Below are positions 7,844 through 19,400 of a DNA stretch of 64,000 nucleotides, in pieces. The position numbers were made by a program, and so were the translations under genes. The notes beneath the pieces are model-generated. The model did no database searches. It was not told the origin of the DNA and saw nothing but the letters and a program-made list of their open reading frames with translations. Origin of the DNA: Promethearchaeia archaeon (GTDB lineage: Archaea > Asgardarchaeota > Lokiarchaeia > Sigyniarchaeales > SOKP01). The stretch lies in assembly GCA_029856125.1 (NCBI GenBank), contig JAHQWJ010000107.1, positions 1 to 64,000 on the forward strand. The letters run 5' to 3'. Position 1 is the first letter of the stretch. Each line of letters starts with the position of its first letter.

Positions 7844-9775
7844 CTATTTACCTCCAGCTGGTTTTAACTTACCAATTACAAAATCTAAACCCAAACTCTT
7901 TAGAGTTGCATCAGTAGGAATCCCTGTTTTCGTATCCCAACCTCGAGCTTCGTAGTATCCGCTTAGAAGTTTTTGATATCCTTCTTCTTTTAAGGTGACA
8001 CCTTTAGCAGGTCCTTTTGTGTGTGCTTCTTTGAAGAACCTCTCTGGAGGATGATCGTCCGCTCTGGTCCACCCTTCTCGAATATTAAAACATTTTGAAA
8101 GGTTTAAGATAGCAGCTCCTCTTTTATTAATGGATTCTTCGGTGTGTGGAATACCAGTTACTAACTCATAGACTTTCGCCATCTCTGCATCGTTTTCATA
8201 AATTCCACGAGTGAACTTACAAATTACATAAGAGTCAATAATTGCATAGATATCCTCAAGCCCTATGATTGCTTTACCACGTTCAAGTGGTTTGTCGTAT
8301 CCGAATCTATCGAATTTACCTTTAGCATCAAGTCCATAAGCGCCATTCCTTAAATGGCAAGCTCCTCTAATAGATACGCTTTCTCCTACAGCAAAACTTG
8401 TCATTCCGTGAAGATCAAAAGCAGGCATTTCTAATCCTTTTATATGCATTCCATAATAGCCAGCGTTCTTTATTCCCTTTTCTTCCAATCTAATACCAGC
8501 TTGTTTACAGCCATCTCCAAAGATTTCATTAGCAAAACCTTTACCAAGAATCATTTCTTCTGTAAATCGTGCTAGATTAGTGGTGGAACCAAATGGGAGT
8601 TCAAAACCAAGGTCTTTTTTCGTTATTAGTCCTAGATCATATAATTCGCAAGCCATACTGGCTGTTACCCCACCACTAATGGCGTCAATTCCCAAATCAT
8701 CACATAAAGAGACGCATTTGAAAATAGTAGGCCAGTCAGCGCATCCAGTGTTAGTACCAAAGGAATAACACATTTCTACATCAATTGAAGCGACTAAATT
8801 TGGATATTCAGGGTGAGTTTTAGGTACTCTCGCGAGATGATCGCAAGCGATGGAGCATTGAGAGCAAGCAACTTTTTTAACAACCCAATCTTCGTTTAGT
8901 GTATCTCCAGTAAAGGCTCCATTATCAATCTCTTCCCATGTGCCTTCGCGATAGTTCATGGTAGGCATCATTCCGAGTTTGTTGTAACTGGTTATTCCTG
9001 CAGGAGTGCCTAAATCACGATATTTTGCAGTTGCAGGACCATTAGCTACTTTAATTAATTTCTTAGCTAACTTGTAAAATTCAGCGGGATAAGCAACTTT
9101 GAGACCTTTCGTACCCCGAAAAGCTATTGCTTTCAGATTTTTACTTCCCATTACTGCTCCCATACCAGTTCGACCAGCTTGTCTGTTTCTATCGTTAGTA
9201 ATACACGCTAATTTACTTAATCGTTCTCCTGCTTGTCCGATTGACATCACTGCTAATCTTTGATCTTGGAATTCTTCTCTCAGAATTTCTTCCGTTTCAA
9301 AATTACCTTTTCCCCAGACAGTTTTTTCACATGGTTCTAGGTAGTAATCGTCATCATCTACAACCAGGTAAACGGGTTCAGAAGCTTTTCCTTTGATCAC
9401 GATCGCATTGACTCCAGCGCGTCGCGCTTGTGCTCCAACAGAACCTGAGGAAATAGACATACCAAACATTCCTGTTAACGGTGATTTAGCAAATACGCCG
9501 TACTTTGAACTAGTAGGTAGTATCGTAGTTGGAAAAGGGCCTATAGACCACACAAATATGTTTTCTGGACTTAATGGGTCTATACCTGGTTTTAATTCAT
9601 CCCAGAGGATTTTAGCACCAAATCCATAACCACCAATCCAGTCGCGGCAGAATTCTCCAGATAAAGTAGATTTACCAATTTTTCCACTGGTTAAGTCGAC
9701 ATCGAGTCTCACTTGAGAGTATCCTTTGACATCGTCGGGTAAAGTTATTTCTTTAGATTTACTCATGTTTTTCAC
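7844..9775 (-). CDS. aor: Tungsten-dependent aldehyde:ferredoxin oxidoreductase family protein
   Basis: KSPLTG, SIGQAGE, AGRTGMGAVMGSKNLKAI, CSQCSIAC, DDLGIDAIS, RGACH, YYEARGWD. Confidence 0.9.
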   Translation of the reverse strand: MKNMSKSKEITLPDDVKGYSQVRLDVDLTSGKIGKSTLSGEFCRDWIGGYGFGAKILWDELKPGIDPLSPENIFVWSIGPFPTTILPTSSKYGVFAKSPLTGMFGMSISSGSVGAQARRAGVNAIVIKGKASEPVYLVVDDDDYYLEPCEKTVWGKGNFETEEILREEFQDQRLAVMSIGQAGERLSKLACITNDRNRQAGRTGMGAVMGSKNLKAIAFRGTKGLKVAYPAEFYKLAKKLIKVANGPATAKYRDLGTPAGITSYNKLGMMPTMNYREGTWEEIDNGAFTGDTLNEDWVVKKVACSQCSIACDHLARVPKTHPEYPNLVASIDVEMCYSFGTNTGCADWPTIFKCVSLCDDLGIDAISGGVTASMACELYDLGLITKKDLGFELPFGSTTNLARFTEEMILGKGFANEIFGDGCKQAGIRLEEKGIKNAGYYGMHIKGLEMPAFDLHGMTSFAVGESVSIRGACHLRNGAYGLDAKGKFDRFGYDKPLERGKAIIGLEDIYAIIDSYVICKFTRGIYENDAEMAKVYELVTGIPHTEESINKRGAAILNLSKCFNIREGWTRADDHPPERFFKEAHTKGPAKGVTLKEEGYQKLLSGYYEARGWDTKTGIPTDATLKSLGLDFVIGKLKPAGGK

Positions 9776-10098
9776 TAATTTTAATTTTTGATTTTTTTAG
9801 TATAGAGAATTAATACTTAATATAAAAAATTACCATTTATTAGGTTATTTGTTAATGTAAACAACCTCTATCCTAATCTACCCAAAATTAAAACCAAAAT
9901 TAAGAATTTGATTTCCCTCTTCTCAAAATCTTCCCTAAATAAAATTCCGAAATGGCTTCTTTAAACATTCTGATTTATTGATTTTATCTCAACTTATGTA
10001 ATTTTCTAGTCCAAAATGCTTTTTAACAATAATAATAGCATATTTAAAGTGGTTTAGATTATATTTAACAACAGTATAAAGACCGTAATGTGATTCAT

Positions 10099-12861
10099 AT
10101 GACTGTAACTACAGATAAAAATGTAAGTAAGAAAAATGACAGAATACTTTCAAGTGACATCATTAAAAATGTTATTGCGAACGCAAATTACTGCTATAAT
10201 TGTAACCGTTGCGTTAATGTGTGCCCTGTCTCTTACTTAGATTTGTTTTACCCGAGAAATTTAATTACTGATTTAACTTTTTTATCTCCAGAGGAAGCAT
10301 TACAAAATAATAATATTTGGGATTGCCTAACCTGTGGGTTGTGCACCGAATATTGTCCAATGACTAAAGATAAGGTTGGAGTAAATTTTACAGAAATTAT
10401 TAAGGAACTCAGAGCATTAACTTCGGAATACGAGCCTTTACAAGAGACTTTACGAAGCTGTAATCACGATCGCGTTTATTCAAGTATACCAAAATTAATG
10501 GCAGACGATAAGATTAAATTTACCAATAAACTTGGATTTTTAGAAGGTACTGGATTAAAAATAAAAAGCGAAGGGGAACTCGCTTACTTTATGGGTTGTG
10601 TACCGTTTTTAACTGGAACGGCGCCTTGCGTCGTAGGATGTCCGGCAGGAGTAGATGTTCAAGGATATGTGTCCTTAATCTCCGAAGGAAAATTTCAAGA
10701 ATCTATCGACTTAATAAGAGAAATGAACCCCTTACCTTATTTATGTGGAAGAATTTGCACAGCTCAGTGTGCTTTGAATTGTAATCGTCAACATCACGAT
10801 GATCCCGTAGCAATCCGAGAGTTAAAACGTTTCGTATCTGATTATGAAGCTGCACATCCAAATAAGAGTAAAATAAAACCAGTTAAACAAACCAAAGAAA
10901 AAGTAGCAATAATCGGAGCTGGTCCAGGAGGTTTATCTGCAGCTTACTACCTCGCAAGATTGGGGTACAAACCAACAATTTTCGAGAAAGGTGATAAAAC
11001 CGGTGGAGTCGTAAGATATGGTGTCCCTCAATATAGGCTTTCTGACGAGGCGTTAGACCACGATGTAGAATTTATAAAAAATATGGGCGTTGAAATCGTA
11101 CTCAACAAGGAGTTTGGTGCAAATTTTACTCTTGAAGATCTTAAAGAAGAAGAGTTCAAAGCAACATTTATTGCGGTAGGTCTGTATGTCCCAAAAACTT
11201 TGCGACTTGAAGGTGAAGATTTGCCTAACGTTCATGTTGCTATAGATTTTCTCTTGGATCGGAAATATGGTTGCGCAGAAGACCCCGAAGAATTTAAAGG
11301 TAAAAATTTTGGAATTATTGGGGGCGGAGCAGTCGCTGTTGATGTAGGCGAAACTGCTGTGAGATTAGGTGCTACGAAAGCTGATTTCGTAGACATATTA
11401 ACGGAGGAAGCGCTTAAAAATGTGCTGAAAGATTTGCACGAAGCCGAAAGAGAAGTAATGGAATATCATTTTACTACTTCAACAAAAAACATAACCCAAG
11501 AACCCAATGGAAAATTAGCCTTAAATTGTTATAAAATTGAATGGGGTGAACCTGATCCTGAAACGGGAAGAAGACCTTTGAATAAAGTGGAAGGTTCTGA
11601 TTATAAAATCGTTGTTGATCATGTAGTCACTGCTATCGGGCAAGGACTTGACGTAGTCCCTATTAATGCTGCAACTGAAAACAAGTTAAAAATTGATCGA
11701 GGCAGAATTATAGTTGATCAAGTAACTTTTGAAACTAACATTCCCGGCGTTTTTGCTGGTGGAGACATCATTAATGATTCACTTATGTGTGCCGTTGATG
11801 CTATCGGAAATGGTAGAGAAGCTGCATATTCAATCGATCGCTTCTTCCGTGGAATTGATTTAAAAGATGGTAGGATTATAAAGAAAGAATTGAAGCGTTC
11901 TACTATCCCTAAAAAATACATTCAAGTAAATTCTTGCCAAGAAATGAATTTCATACCCGGAGAAGAAAGATTGGTATGTTTTGATGAAATGGAGTTAGGA
12001 TATACCGAAGAACAAGCAATAAAGGAGGCAAATCGTTGCTTAAATTGTAATTGTTGTAGTAATAGCGATCAAATCCCTGAAGATTATAACGCAGCTTTAG
12101 ATTCCTCGGGAGTAATGATTGCAAACTATGGGAACCAAGCTAACATGCATTCTTATAACTCTCCAGATTATTTAACTATCCCTAAGAGTGTAATTGGAAT
12201 CCTAAATCAAAACGATATTGTGCCAGTTGTTTTACCTGAAGAAAAATGTTGTGGTCACGATATAATATGGCAAGGCGATACGGAGTCCTTTGAGAAGTTA
12301 GCGAGGTATAATGTCAAGTTGTTTAAAGACTCTGGTGTAAAAACAATTGTATTCAGCTGCCCTGAAGGGTATTATACTTGGAAAAACGAGTATAAAAAAC
12401 TGTTTAAAAAAGGGGAAGATTTCGATTTTGAGATTTATCACATTTCAGAATATATCTTGAAAGAAAATCTTCTAGAGGATATAACTTTTCCAAACTTGGG
12501 AGATGTTAAGGTTACTTATCATGATCCTTGTAGACTAGGTAGAATGAGTAATGTTTATGACGCTCCTCGTGAAGTATTGAATAAAATCCCGGGCATAAAA
12601 CTCCTTGAAATGGAAAATAATAGGGTAGACGCTGATTGTTGTGGTGTTTCGGCCTACATTTCATGCAACCAAAATTCCAAACTACTACAAGAATCAAGAA
12701 TAAAACAAGCAATTGAAACTGGAGCGGAATATTTAATTACTACTTGCCCGAAGTGTTTAACGCATTTTAACTGCTATTTGAATGAAAATAAGGAACTTAA
12801 GAACAAAATTCAAGTAATAGACCTACTAACTTTTATGGGTAAAATGCTTTTTATGCAGTAA
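10099..12861 (+). CDS. HdrD-like protein (HdrC-type 2x[4Fe-4S] plus CCG domains) with an inserted GltD/NfnB-like FAD/NAD(P) module
   Basis: CYNCNRCVNVCP and CLTCGLCTEYCP; YFMGC; then APCVVGCPAG..CGRICTAQCALNC..GAGPGG..GGGAVA..FAGGD..EANRCLNC; then EKCCG, FSCPEG, YHDPCRLGR, CCG, CPKC. ATG 10099 follows a GTGAT RBS (track start is GTG 10090). Confidence 0.8.
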   Translation: MTVTTDKNVSKKNDRILSSDIIKNVIANANYCYNCNRCVNVCPVSYLDLFYPRNLITDLTFLSPEEALQNNNIWDCLTCGLCTEYCPMTKDKVGVNFTEIIKELRALTSEYEPLQETLRSCNHDRVYSSIPKLMADDKIKFTNKLGFLEGTGLKIKSEGELAYFMGCVPFLTGTAPCVVGCPAGVDVQGYVSLISEGKFQESIDLIREMNPLPYLCGRICTAQCALNCNRQHHDDPVAIRELKRFVSDYEAAHPNKSKIKPVKQTKEKVAIIGAGPGGLSAAYYLARLGYKPTIFEKGDKTGGVVRYGVPQYRLSDEALDHDVEFIKNMGVEIVLNKEFGANFTLEDLKEEEFKATFIAVGLYVPKTLRLEGEDLPNVHVAIDFLLDRKYGCAEDPEEFKGKNFGIIGGGAVAVDVGETAVRLGATKADFVDILTEEALKNVLKDLHEAEREVMEYHFTTSTKNITQEPNGKLALNCYKIEWGEPDPETGRRPLNKVEGSDYKIVVDHVVTAIGQGLDVVPINAATENKLKIDRGRIIVDQVTFETNIPGVFAGGDIINDSLMCAVDAIGNGREAAYSIDRFFRGIDLKDGRIIKKELKRSTIPKKYIQVNSCQEMNFIPGEERLVCFDEMELGYTEEQAIKEANRCLNCNCCSNSDQIPEDYNAALDSSGVMIANYGNQANMHSYNSPDYLTIPKSVIGILNQNDIVPVVLPEEKCCGHDIIWQGDTESFEKLARYNVKLFKDSGVKTIVFSCPEGYYTWKNEYKKLFKKGEDFDFEIYHISEYILKENLLEDITFPNLGDVKVTYHDPCRLGRMSNVYDAPREVLNKIPGIKLLEMENNRVDADCCGVSAYISCNQNSKLLQESRIKQAIETGAEYLITTCPKCLTHFNCYLNENKELKNKIQVIDLLTFMGKMLFMQ

Positions 12862-13003
12862 GTACTTACCCGTTATTCATCTTTATTTTTTTCTAAACTC
12901 ATTCTTTTCCCGCTAATTATATCAACCTTAAATAATTCCTATACTTTAAATCAAATAGAAATAAGGTAAAAATGTCTTAATTAAATAAGTATCACGATAA
13001 AAA

Positions 13004-13888
13004 TTGCCGTATGAGATTTTAGAGAAAAAGGAACTAGGAAGTAGTGGAGCGATTTATGAAATGGTTTTACGCACACCATTAATTGCTAAGAAAGCTCACG
13101 CCGGTAATTTCGTTCTTCTAAGAATCAACGAAACTGGAGAGAGAATTCCATTGACTATTGCCGATTATAATAGAGAAAAAGGGACGATAACAATGGTAAT
13201 TCAAGTGGTGGGTAAAAGTACAAAGTTAATCTGCAATCAAAATGTCGGAGATCAAATACTTGACGTCATAGGACCGTTAGGAAACAAAATACATATTCAA
13301 AAATATGAGGATCCTATAGTAGTTATTGGGGGTGGAATCGGTATAGCTCCTTGTTATCTTCAAGCAAAAGAGCTTAAAGATGCGGGAAATGAAATTATTA
13401 CCATTTTAGGAGCCCGAAGCAAAGGTCTTCTTATTTGGAAAGAAAAAATGGAAACTGTGAGCAATCAATTAATTATTACAACTGACGATGGAAGCGAAGG
13501 AATGAAGGGAGTTGTTACAGATTCACTTAAAAAAATTATGCAAGAGAGGAAAATAAGTCTTGTAATCGCAATTGGACCATTAATTATGATGAAGTATGTT
13601 GCTCTTACTACTAATGGCTCTGGAGATTTGCCTAAAGTGAAAACATTCGTCTCTCTAAACACAATCATGGTTGACGGGACGGGAATGTGTGGTAGTTGTC
13701 GTTTTTCTACGATAGATGGTGATATTCAGTTTGCGTGCGTTGACGGTCCAGATGTCGATGGACACATAGTTGATTTTGATAACTTATTAAAGCGCGCTCG
13801 TCGATTTCTTGATCAAGAGAAAGAATCTTTGGAATGTTACGACGACGAATGTAGAGCATTAGAACAACTGAAGAGAGAGGTTGTGTAG
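13004..13888 (+). CDS. nfnA: NADH-dependent ferredoxin:NADP+ oxidoreductase small subunit (NfnA/SudB)
   Basis: ERIPLTIAD, GPLG, GGGIGIAP, TDDGSEG, MVDGTGMCGSCR..FACVDGP. Confidence 0.9.
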   Translation: MPYEILEKKELGSSGAIYEMVLRTPLIAKKAHAGNFVLLRINETGERIPLTIADYNREKGTITMVIQVVGKSTKLICNQNVGDQILDVIGPLGNKIHIQKYEDPIVVIGGGIGIAPCYLQAKELKDAGNEIITILGARSKGLLIWKEKMETVSNQLIITTDDGSEGMKGVVTDSLKKIMQERKISLVIAIGPLIMMKYVALTTNGSGDLPKVKTFVSLNTIMVDGTGMCGSCRFSTIDGDIQFACVDGPDVDGHIVDFDNLLKRARRFLDQEKESLECYDDECRALEQLKREVV

Positions 13889-13968
13889 CAAAATAATAAT
13901 AAGATCTACGATTAAAATATTAACTGATAACAAGAACAAGATTTTAAAAGCTGGGAAACTCAAGGAAG

Positions 13969-15441
13969 ATGAAAAAGATCGAAGAAGATAATAAAGTTGT
14001 CAAACAACCTAATAGAATAGCAAAGTCCAAATCAAAAAGCCGTAAAGGACTTAACCGCGTTGAAATGAAACTCCAAGATCCAAAGGTAAGGATCACAAAT
14101 TTCGAAGAAGTAGCACTTGGCTTAACCGAAGAAATGGTTGAATATGAAACTCAACGGTGTTTACAATGTGAAAATCCTCTCTGCGTTTCTGGGTGCCCCG
14201 TTAATATCAAAATCCCTCAATTTATCAAGTTACTACAAGAAAAAAAATATATTAAAGCTCTCTACAAGATTAAGACAGATAACTTGTTACCTGCTATTTG
14301 CGGGCGAGTGTGTCCTCAAGAAATTCAATGTGAACAAGCGTGCATTTTGAATAAACTTGGAAAGCCAATAGCTATAGGTTACCTAGAGCGTTTCATAGCA
14401 GATTGGGAGAGAAAAAATAATCTTAAAGAGTGTCCCGAATGCGCAGTTCCAAAAGGGCTTAAGGTAGCAGTTATAGGAGCGGGACCAGCAGGATTAGCTT
14501 GTGCTGGAGAATTGGCGATGAGAGGTTATAATGTTACTATTTTTGAAGCGTTCCACACCAGTGGCGGAGTTCTGAGTTATGGAATTCCCGAATTCAGATT
14601 ACCCAAAGAAATTATTAAAAGTGAAATTGAAACTTTAGAGATGCTCAATGTTAAATTTGAATATAACGTAATTATTGGTAAAACTTTGACAATTGAAGAT
14701 TTAAAAGAAATGGGTTTTAAAGCCTTTTTTATTGGAGTTGGAGCAGGACTCCCAATATTTGTAAAATTGCAGGGATTAACCTTAAACGGCGTCTTAACTG
14801 CTAACGAATTCCTCACTCGATCAAATTTAATGAAAGCTTTTAAGTTTCCTGATTACGATACTCCTATCAAAATTGGAAAAATTGTAACTGTTATAGGAGG
14901 GGGAAACGTCGCATTAGATTCTGCTAGAACCGCCTTGCGATTAAATGCTGAAAAAGTTATAGTTGTTTATCGCAGGTCCGAAGCAGAAATGCCTGCGAGA
15001 AGAGAGGAATATCATCACGCGTTAGAAGAAGGCGTTATTTTTCAATTCTTAACAAATCCAGTGAGATTTATCGGAGATGAAAACGACGATCTTAAACAAA
15101 TGGAAGTTATTAAAATGGAATTAGGGGAACCTGACGAATCTGGACGTAAACGTCCCATTCCAATCGAAAATTCAAATTATCTAATCGAAACAGATACGAT
15201 CATTATAGGCATAGGAACAAGAGCAAATCCAATCATAACTAAATCAATTCCGGAATTGAAAATATCCAAACGGGGTTACATCGAAACGGATGAAAATTTT
15301 CAAACCAACATTGAAGAGATATTCGCTGGTGGAGATATCGTAACGGGATCCGCTACTGTAATTTCTGCTATGGGAGCGGGCAAGCGAGCAGCTCGCGGAA
15401 TTGATAAGTATTTACAAGAAAAATATTTAGATAAAAAATAG
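13969..15441 (+). CDS. nfnB: NfnB/SudA large subunit (GltD-like)
   Basis: RCLQCENPLCVSGCPV, CGRVCPQEIQCE, GAGPAG, YGIPEFRLPK, GGGNVALD, YRRS, FAGGDIVTGSATVISAMGAG; adjacent to nfnA. Confidence 0.9.
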   Translation: MKKIEEDNKVVKQPNRIAKSKSKSRKGLNRVEMKLQDPKVRITNFEEVALGLTEEMVEYETQRCLQCENPLCVSGCPVNIKIPQFIKLLQEKKYIKALYKIKTDNLLPAICGRVCPQEIQCEQACILNKLGKPIAIGYLERFIADWERKNNLKECPECAVPKGLKVAVIGAGPAGLACAGELAMRGYNVTIFEAFHTSGGVLSYGIPEFRLPKEIIKSEIETLEMLNVKFEYNVIIGKTLTIEDLKEMGFKAFFIGVGAGLPIFVKLQGLTLNGVLTANEFLTRSNLMKAFKFPDYDTPIKIGKIVTVIGGGNVALDSARTALRLNAEKVIVVYRRSEAEMPARREEYHHALEEGVIFQFLTNPVRFIGDENDDLKQMEVIKMELGEPDESGRKRPIPIENSNYLIETDTIIIGIGTRANPIITKSIPELKISKRGYIETDENFQTNIEEIFAGGDIVTGSATVISAMGAGKRAARGIDKYLQEKYLDKK

Positions 15442-15460
15442 ATTTTTATTACAAATTAGC

Positions 15461-16324
15461 TTATTTACTCCCTTGGGGACACACTTTTAAACAGTTAGAG
15501 CAATAGTTGTTGTTCAACAGACTTTCCATGCACTTTGAACGGTCTATGTGAGTGAAAATGCCAGAACCTTTTACCCTCTCAATTGGTTCTTCGTAAATAG
15601 CTCCACCTAAACATTTTTCTATACAAACACCGCAATTCTCGCAAAAATCTTCCATATCGCTAAGATCTACTTTCTTTGTTTCGGGGATATTAGCATCCGT
15701 AGTTATAGCGCTCCACCTTTGTCTCATACCGAACTCGGGACTAATAATCAACCCGTTCCGTCCCATTACTCCTAACCCCGCAGCTACAGCGTGAGCTGTA
15801 AACAAGAGTTTTCCTCCAAAAGGATGATGAGCTTCCGTCTTGTAACCTTTTTCTTGCAGAAATCGTGTTAACTCGATTGTTTTTTCTCCTAAGTCGTAAT
15901 ATACTCTAAATGCCTCAATGCTAACATGAATACTTGGAGCTGTTTTGATCTTATCCCAATCCATTTCCATCCCAAGAATTATCGTGTTCTTTCCTACAAT
16001 TGGAAGATTTTTGAAAATATAGTTTTCTAACACGGGCGTATAACCAATAAGTTCAATGCCTTTTTCTTTAGCTAAATTCTCAAACTCTGTCCAAAATTCA
16101 AGTATCGTTTCGGTCTTGTTATTATCGCCATTTTGATATTTCGTTTTGTTCGCCTTTTGAAAGCCTTTAAATGTTCCTGTTAAATACTTACTGTATTCTT
16201 TTGCGGTTTCGCGGTCCAATTTTTGTTCGGTTGATAATTTCATCGTAAAAAGCTCTTTTGGAACAACAAAGACTAAATCCTCATTTTTTCCGATGTAAGT
16301 AGGTTCAACTTTTTCTTTCTCCAT
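15461..16324 (-). CDS. QueG/reductive dehalogenase-like Fe-S protein (putative cobamide-binding)
   Basis: AVAAGLGVMGRNGLIISPEFGMRQRWSAITTD followed by FCENCGVCIEKC and CSNCLKVCP. Confidence 0.7.
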   Translation of the reverse strand: MEKEKVEPTYIGKNEDLVFVVPKELFTMKLSTEQKLDRETAKEYSKYLTGTFKGFQKANKTKYQNGDNNKTETILEFWTEFENLAKEKGIELIGYTPVLENYIFKNLPIVGKNTIILGMEMDWDKIKTAPSIHVSIEAFRVYYDLGEKTIELTRFLQEKGYKTEAHHPFGGKLLFTAHAVAAGLGVMGRNGLIISPEFGMRQRWSAITTDANIPETKKVDLSDMEDFCENCGVCIEKCLGGAIYEEPIERVKGSGIFTHIDRSKCMESLLNNNYCSNCLKVCPQGSK

Positions 16325-16406
16325 AATGATATCTCAATAATTTATAATACTAAAATTTTTACTTTACTCTATCATACCCAGAATTAATAGAGAGAAAATT
16401 AATTAC

Positions 16407-19400
16407 ATGATTAACAACATAAGGGCTCTTAAATATGAGTGCCCATTTTGTAACAACTCGTTAGAATCAAGATTCACTAAGTGCTTTAATGTTTATTGTC
16501 AAGGCCATAAATTTAGCACAGATAATTTAGTCACTTTTAGGCTAAACCCTAAGTTGGGTGTTGGGCGAATTGTTAAGAAAATAGAAATCCCCGCATCGAG
16601 GTCGTTAGATGATGATGATACTTATTTTCTAACAAAATACAAAGTTAAATTTGATAACAATAATGTAAAAGTAATTCACCCTCTCGATCTTATCCATTAT
16701 GTTTTTGAGATTAATGATAGAATAGTTACGAAAACCAAAATTGGAACAATCAACTCGAGCAATTTTCTAATAAAAGATGGTATTATATCTTATGAAGTTC
16801 TGCTCACAAATGGAAAAAAAACTCAAATATACGAATCAGAAATAATTTCAAAATACCAAACTCCAATAAAAAGAATAATCGCAGCCCAGAGAAGTGATCC
16901 TCCAAAGAATTTCCTCGTAAAGTATTGGGCTAATCTTTTCTATTCGTATTATTCTTCTTATCAAATTAAATGTATTACCAATTCTAGACTTTCTTTAATG
17001 CCACATCAAATAAATGTTGCCCATAGATTATCCGAAGAGTACTTTCCTCGCATAATTTTAGCTGATGAAGTAGGATTAGGAAAAACAATTGAAGCAGGTA
17101 TTTATATCAAAGAAATGATGGCAAGAAATCTCGCTGAAAGAATTCTAATAGTTGTTCCTGCTACACTTGTAAATCAATGGCAATTTGAAATGCAAAATAA
17201 GTTTAATATCGAATTTACTCTTTACGATGGGAAAAAAATAAAGGAAATAACTAGAAAGGGAAGCAATGCAAGTGATAAGAAAGTGCAAAATCCATTTTAT
17301 TATAATAACCTTATTATATGCTCACTACAATTTGCACGAAATAGGAAATATATAAACTTACTTTCTCAAATATCTTGGGATGTAGTAGTTTTTGACGAAT
17401 CGCATCATTTAAGGCGATATTTAGTTAATGCAACAACTGGTAATTACCGAGAAACTTTAAATTATGAGCTAGCAAGAAATTTAAGCGCTTCATCTGAATC
17501 GCTACTATTACTCTCAGCAACTCCGTTGCAATTACATTCGTTCGAATTATACTCACTCATCGAGTTAATCCAGAGAGAATCTTTTGACAGCTTTTCAGAA
17601 TTTGAACATTTTCGGAAAGATATGCCGTTTATAAATATGTTAATAGCTAATGTTAACCAAATAGATAATCTAAACAATTTCGAAGTAAAAAATACCATAA
17701 AACTCCTAAAAACTTTGAATTATGTTAATAAAGACAATAACGAGTCTGAAATACTAAATAGATTGAAGAGCGACAATTTTAAATTAAATTTGCTAAAAAA
17801 AATCGAAAAAGACCATACTTTATCCAAATTCCTAATTAGAAATCGTAAGAAGAACATATTTTCGGAAGAATTCCTAAACGAGAGAGTTGTTAAAACCATC
17901 GTAGTTAATCTTACAAAACAAGAATTAGCTCTTTATCAAGAAATTCGGTTATACCTCGCTAAAATCTATAATTTATCAACCAATAAAGAAAATCTAGGAA
18001 TTGGATTTATTATTACCACTCTTCAAAAATTATTAACTAGTTCTAAGTTTGCATTTTTAAAAAGCTTAGAAAGGAGATTAGAACAAATAGAACGCCAAAA
18101 AAGCATTTCTTTCGAATTGGATGTTCTAAGAAAAACTGATCCCGAATATTATGAATTAGGTTTAGAAGACGAGTATTTAGATTCAGAATTAATATTAGAT
18201 AATGGAAGTAAATCAAGAACCGAGGATTTAAGCCCTTCTATGAATTTACTTAACCACGAAAAAATACTAAATGAATTTTATGATAAGTTAACCGCTTTAC
18301 CATACGATTCTAAGTGTCAAAAACTTGTAGAACTGATTAACCAGATATATCTTCAAAATCCAAACGAAAAAGTCCTAGTATTTACTCAATTTGTCGACAC
18401 TTTGTTATTTTTAAAAGATTTATTGAACGCTCAAGAAGAAAAATATGCGGTAGAAACTTTTTACGGTGGATTAGATAAGGTTGAAAAAGAACAAGCTGTT
18501 GAGAGATTTCGAACAAGCGAAGGATTTGGAATCCTAATATCTACAGAAGTAGGGGGCGAAGGTCGTAATTTCCAGTTTGCCCGTGTTATGATTAATTACG
18601 ATCTCCCCTGGAATCCAATGAAACTAGAACAACGCATAGGAAGAATCGATAGAATCGGCCAAAAATCCAAAAAAGTGTATATTTATAATTTTTATATAGA
18701 GGGGACCATTGAAACAGACATTATTTTTGCTTTAGATAAAAGAATTCACTTATTTGAAGAATCAATTGGTCAATTAGAACCAATTATCGGAACTATTGAA
18801 AAAGACATTAAAAACATCATTTTTACCGAAAACGAGGGTAAGAGGAGAAAGAAAGTAAATGAATTTAATAGAAAACTAGATATTGAAGTAAAAAAAGCAA
18901 AAGAGATGGAAATGCAGCTTGATGATCTGCTAATAGACAAAAAATCATTTAAAATGGACGACCTTATTACTTCATTGGATGCGTGTCGAGAAGTTAAATT
19001 AACTCATAACGAATTATATCTTTTAGTTAACAGTTTTTTTAAATTGAATGATAAAAAATATGGTTCATTAAATATTCTTGAGGAAGGACTTCATGAAAAT
19101 ATTGGATTTAAAACTGAAATAAATCTTAGCAACGACTTTTTTTATAAAATCCAAGATTATAAATTACTCAAAAATTATTTTGGTACGTTTAATTTAGATT
19201 TAGCTAAAGAAAAAGAAGAAATTGATTTTTTTGCCCTGGGACATCCATTAATTAATGCAATACTAAATTTCTGTAGATCAGATACATTCGTTGGTACTTT
19301 TACTCGATTTCACATGAAAAGAGAGATGTTACCTGAGCATTTTAGAAAGACTTTAGTATCTCAAAACCAAATTTATTTATTTATCTTTGTAATTAAATTT

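Noticed and set aside
13969-15441. Glutamate synthase (gltA/gltD) call
   Set aside because: No GltB subunit nearby, and pairing with an NfnA/SudB gene indicates Nfn
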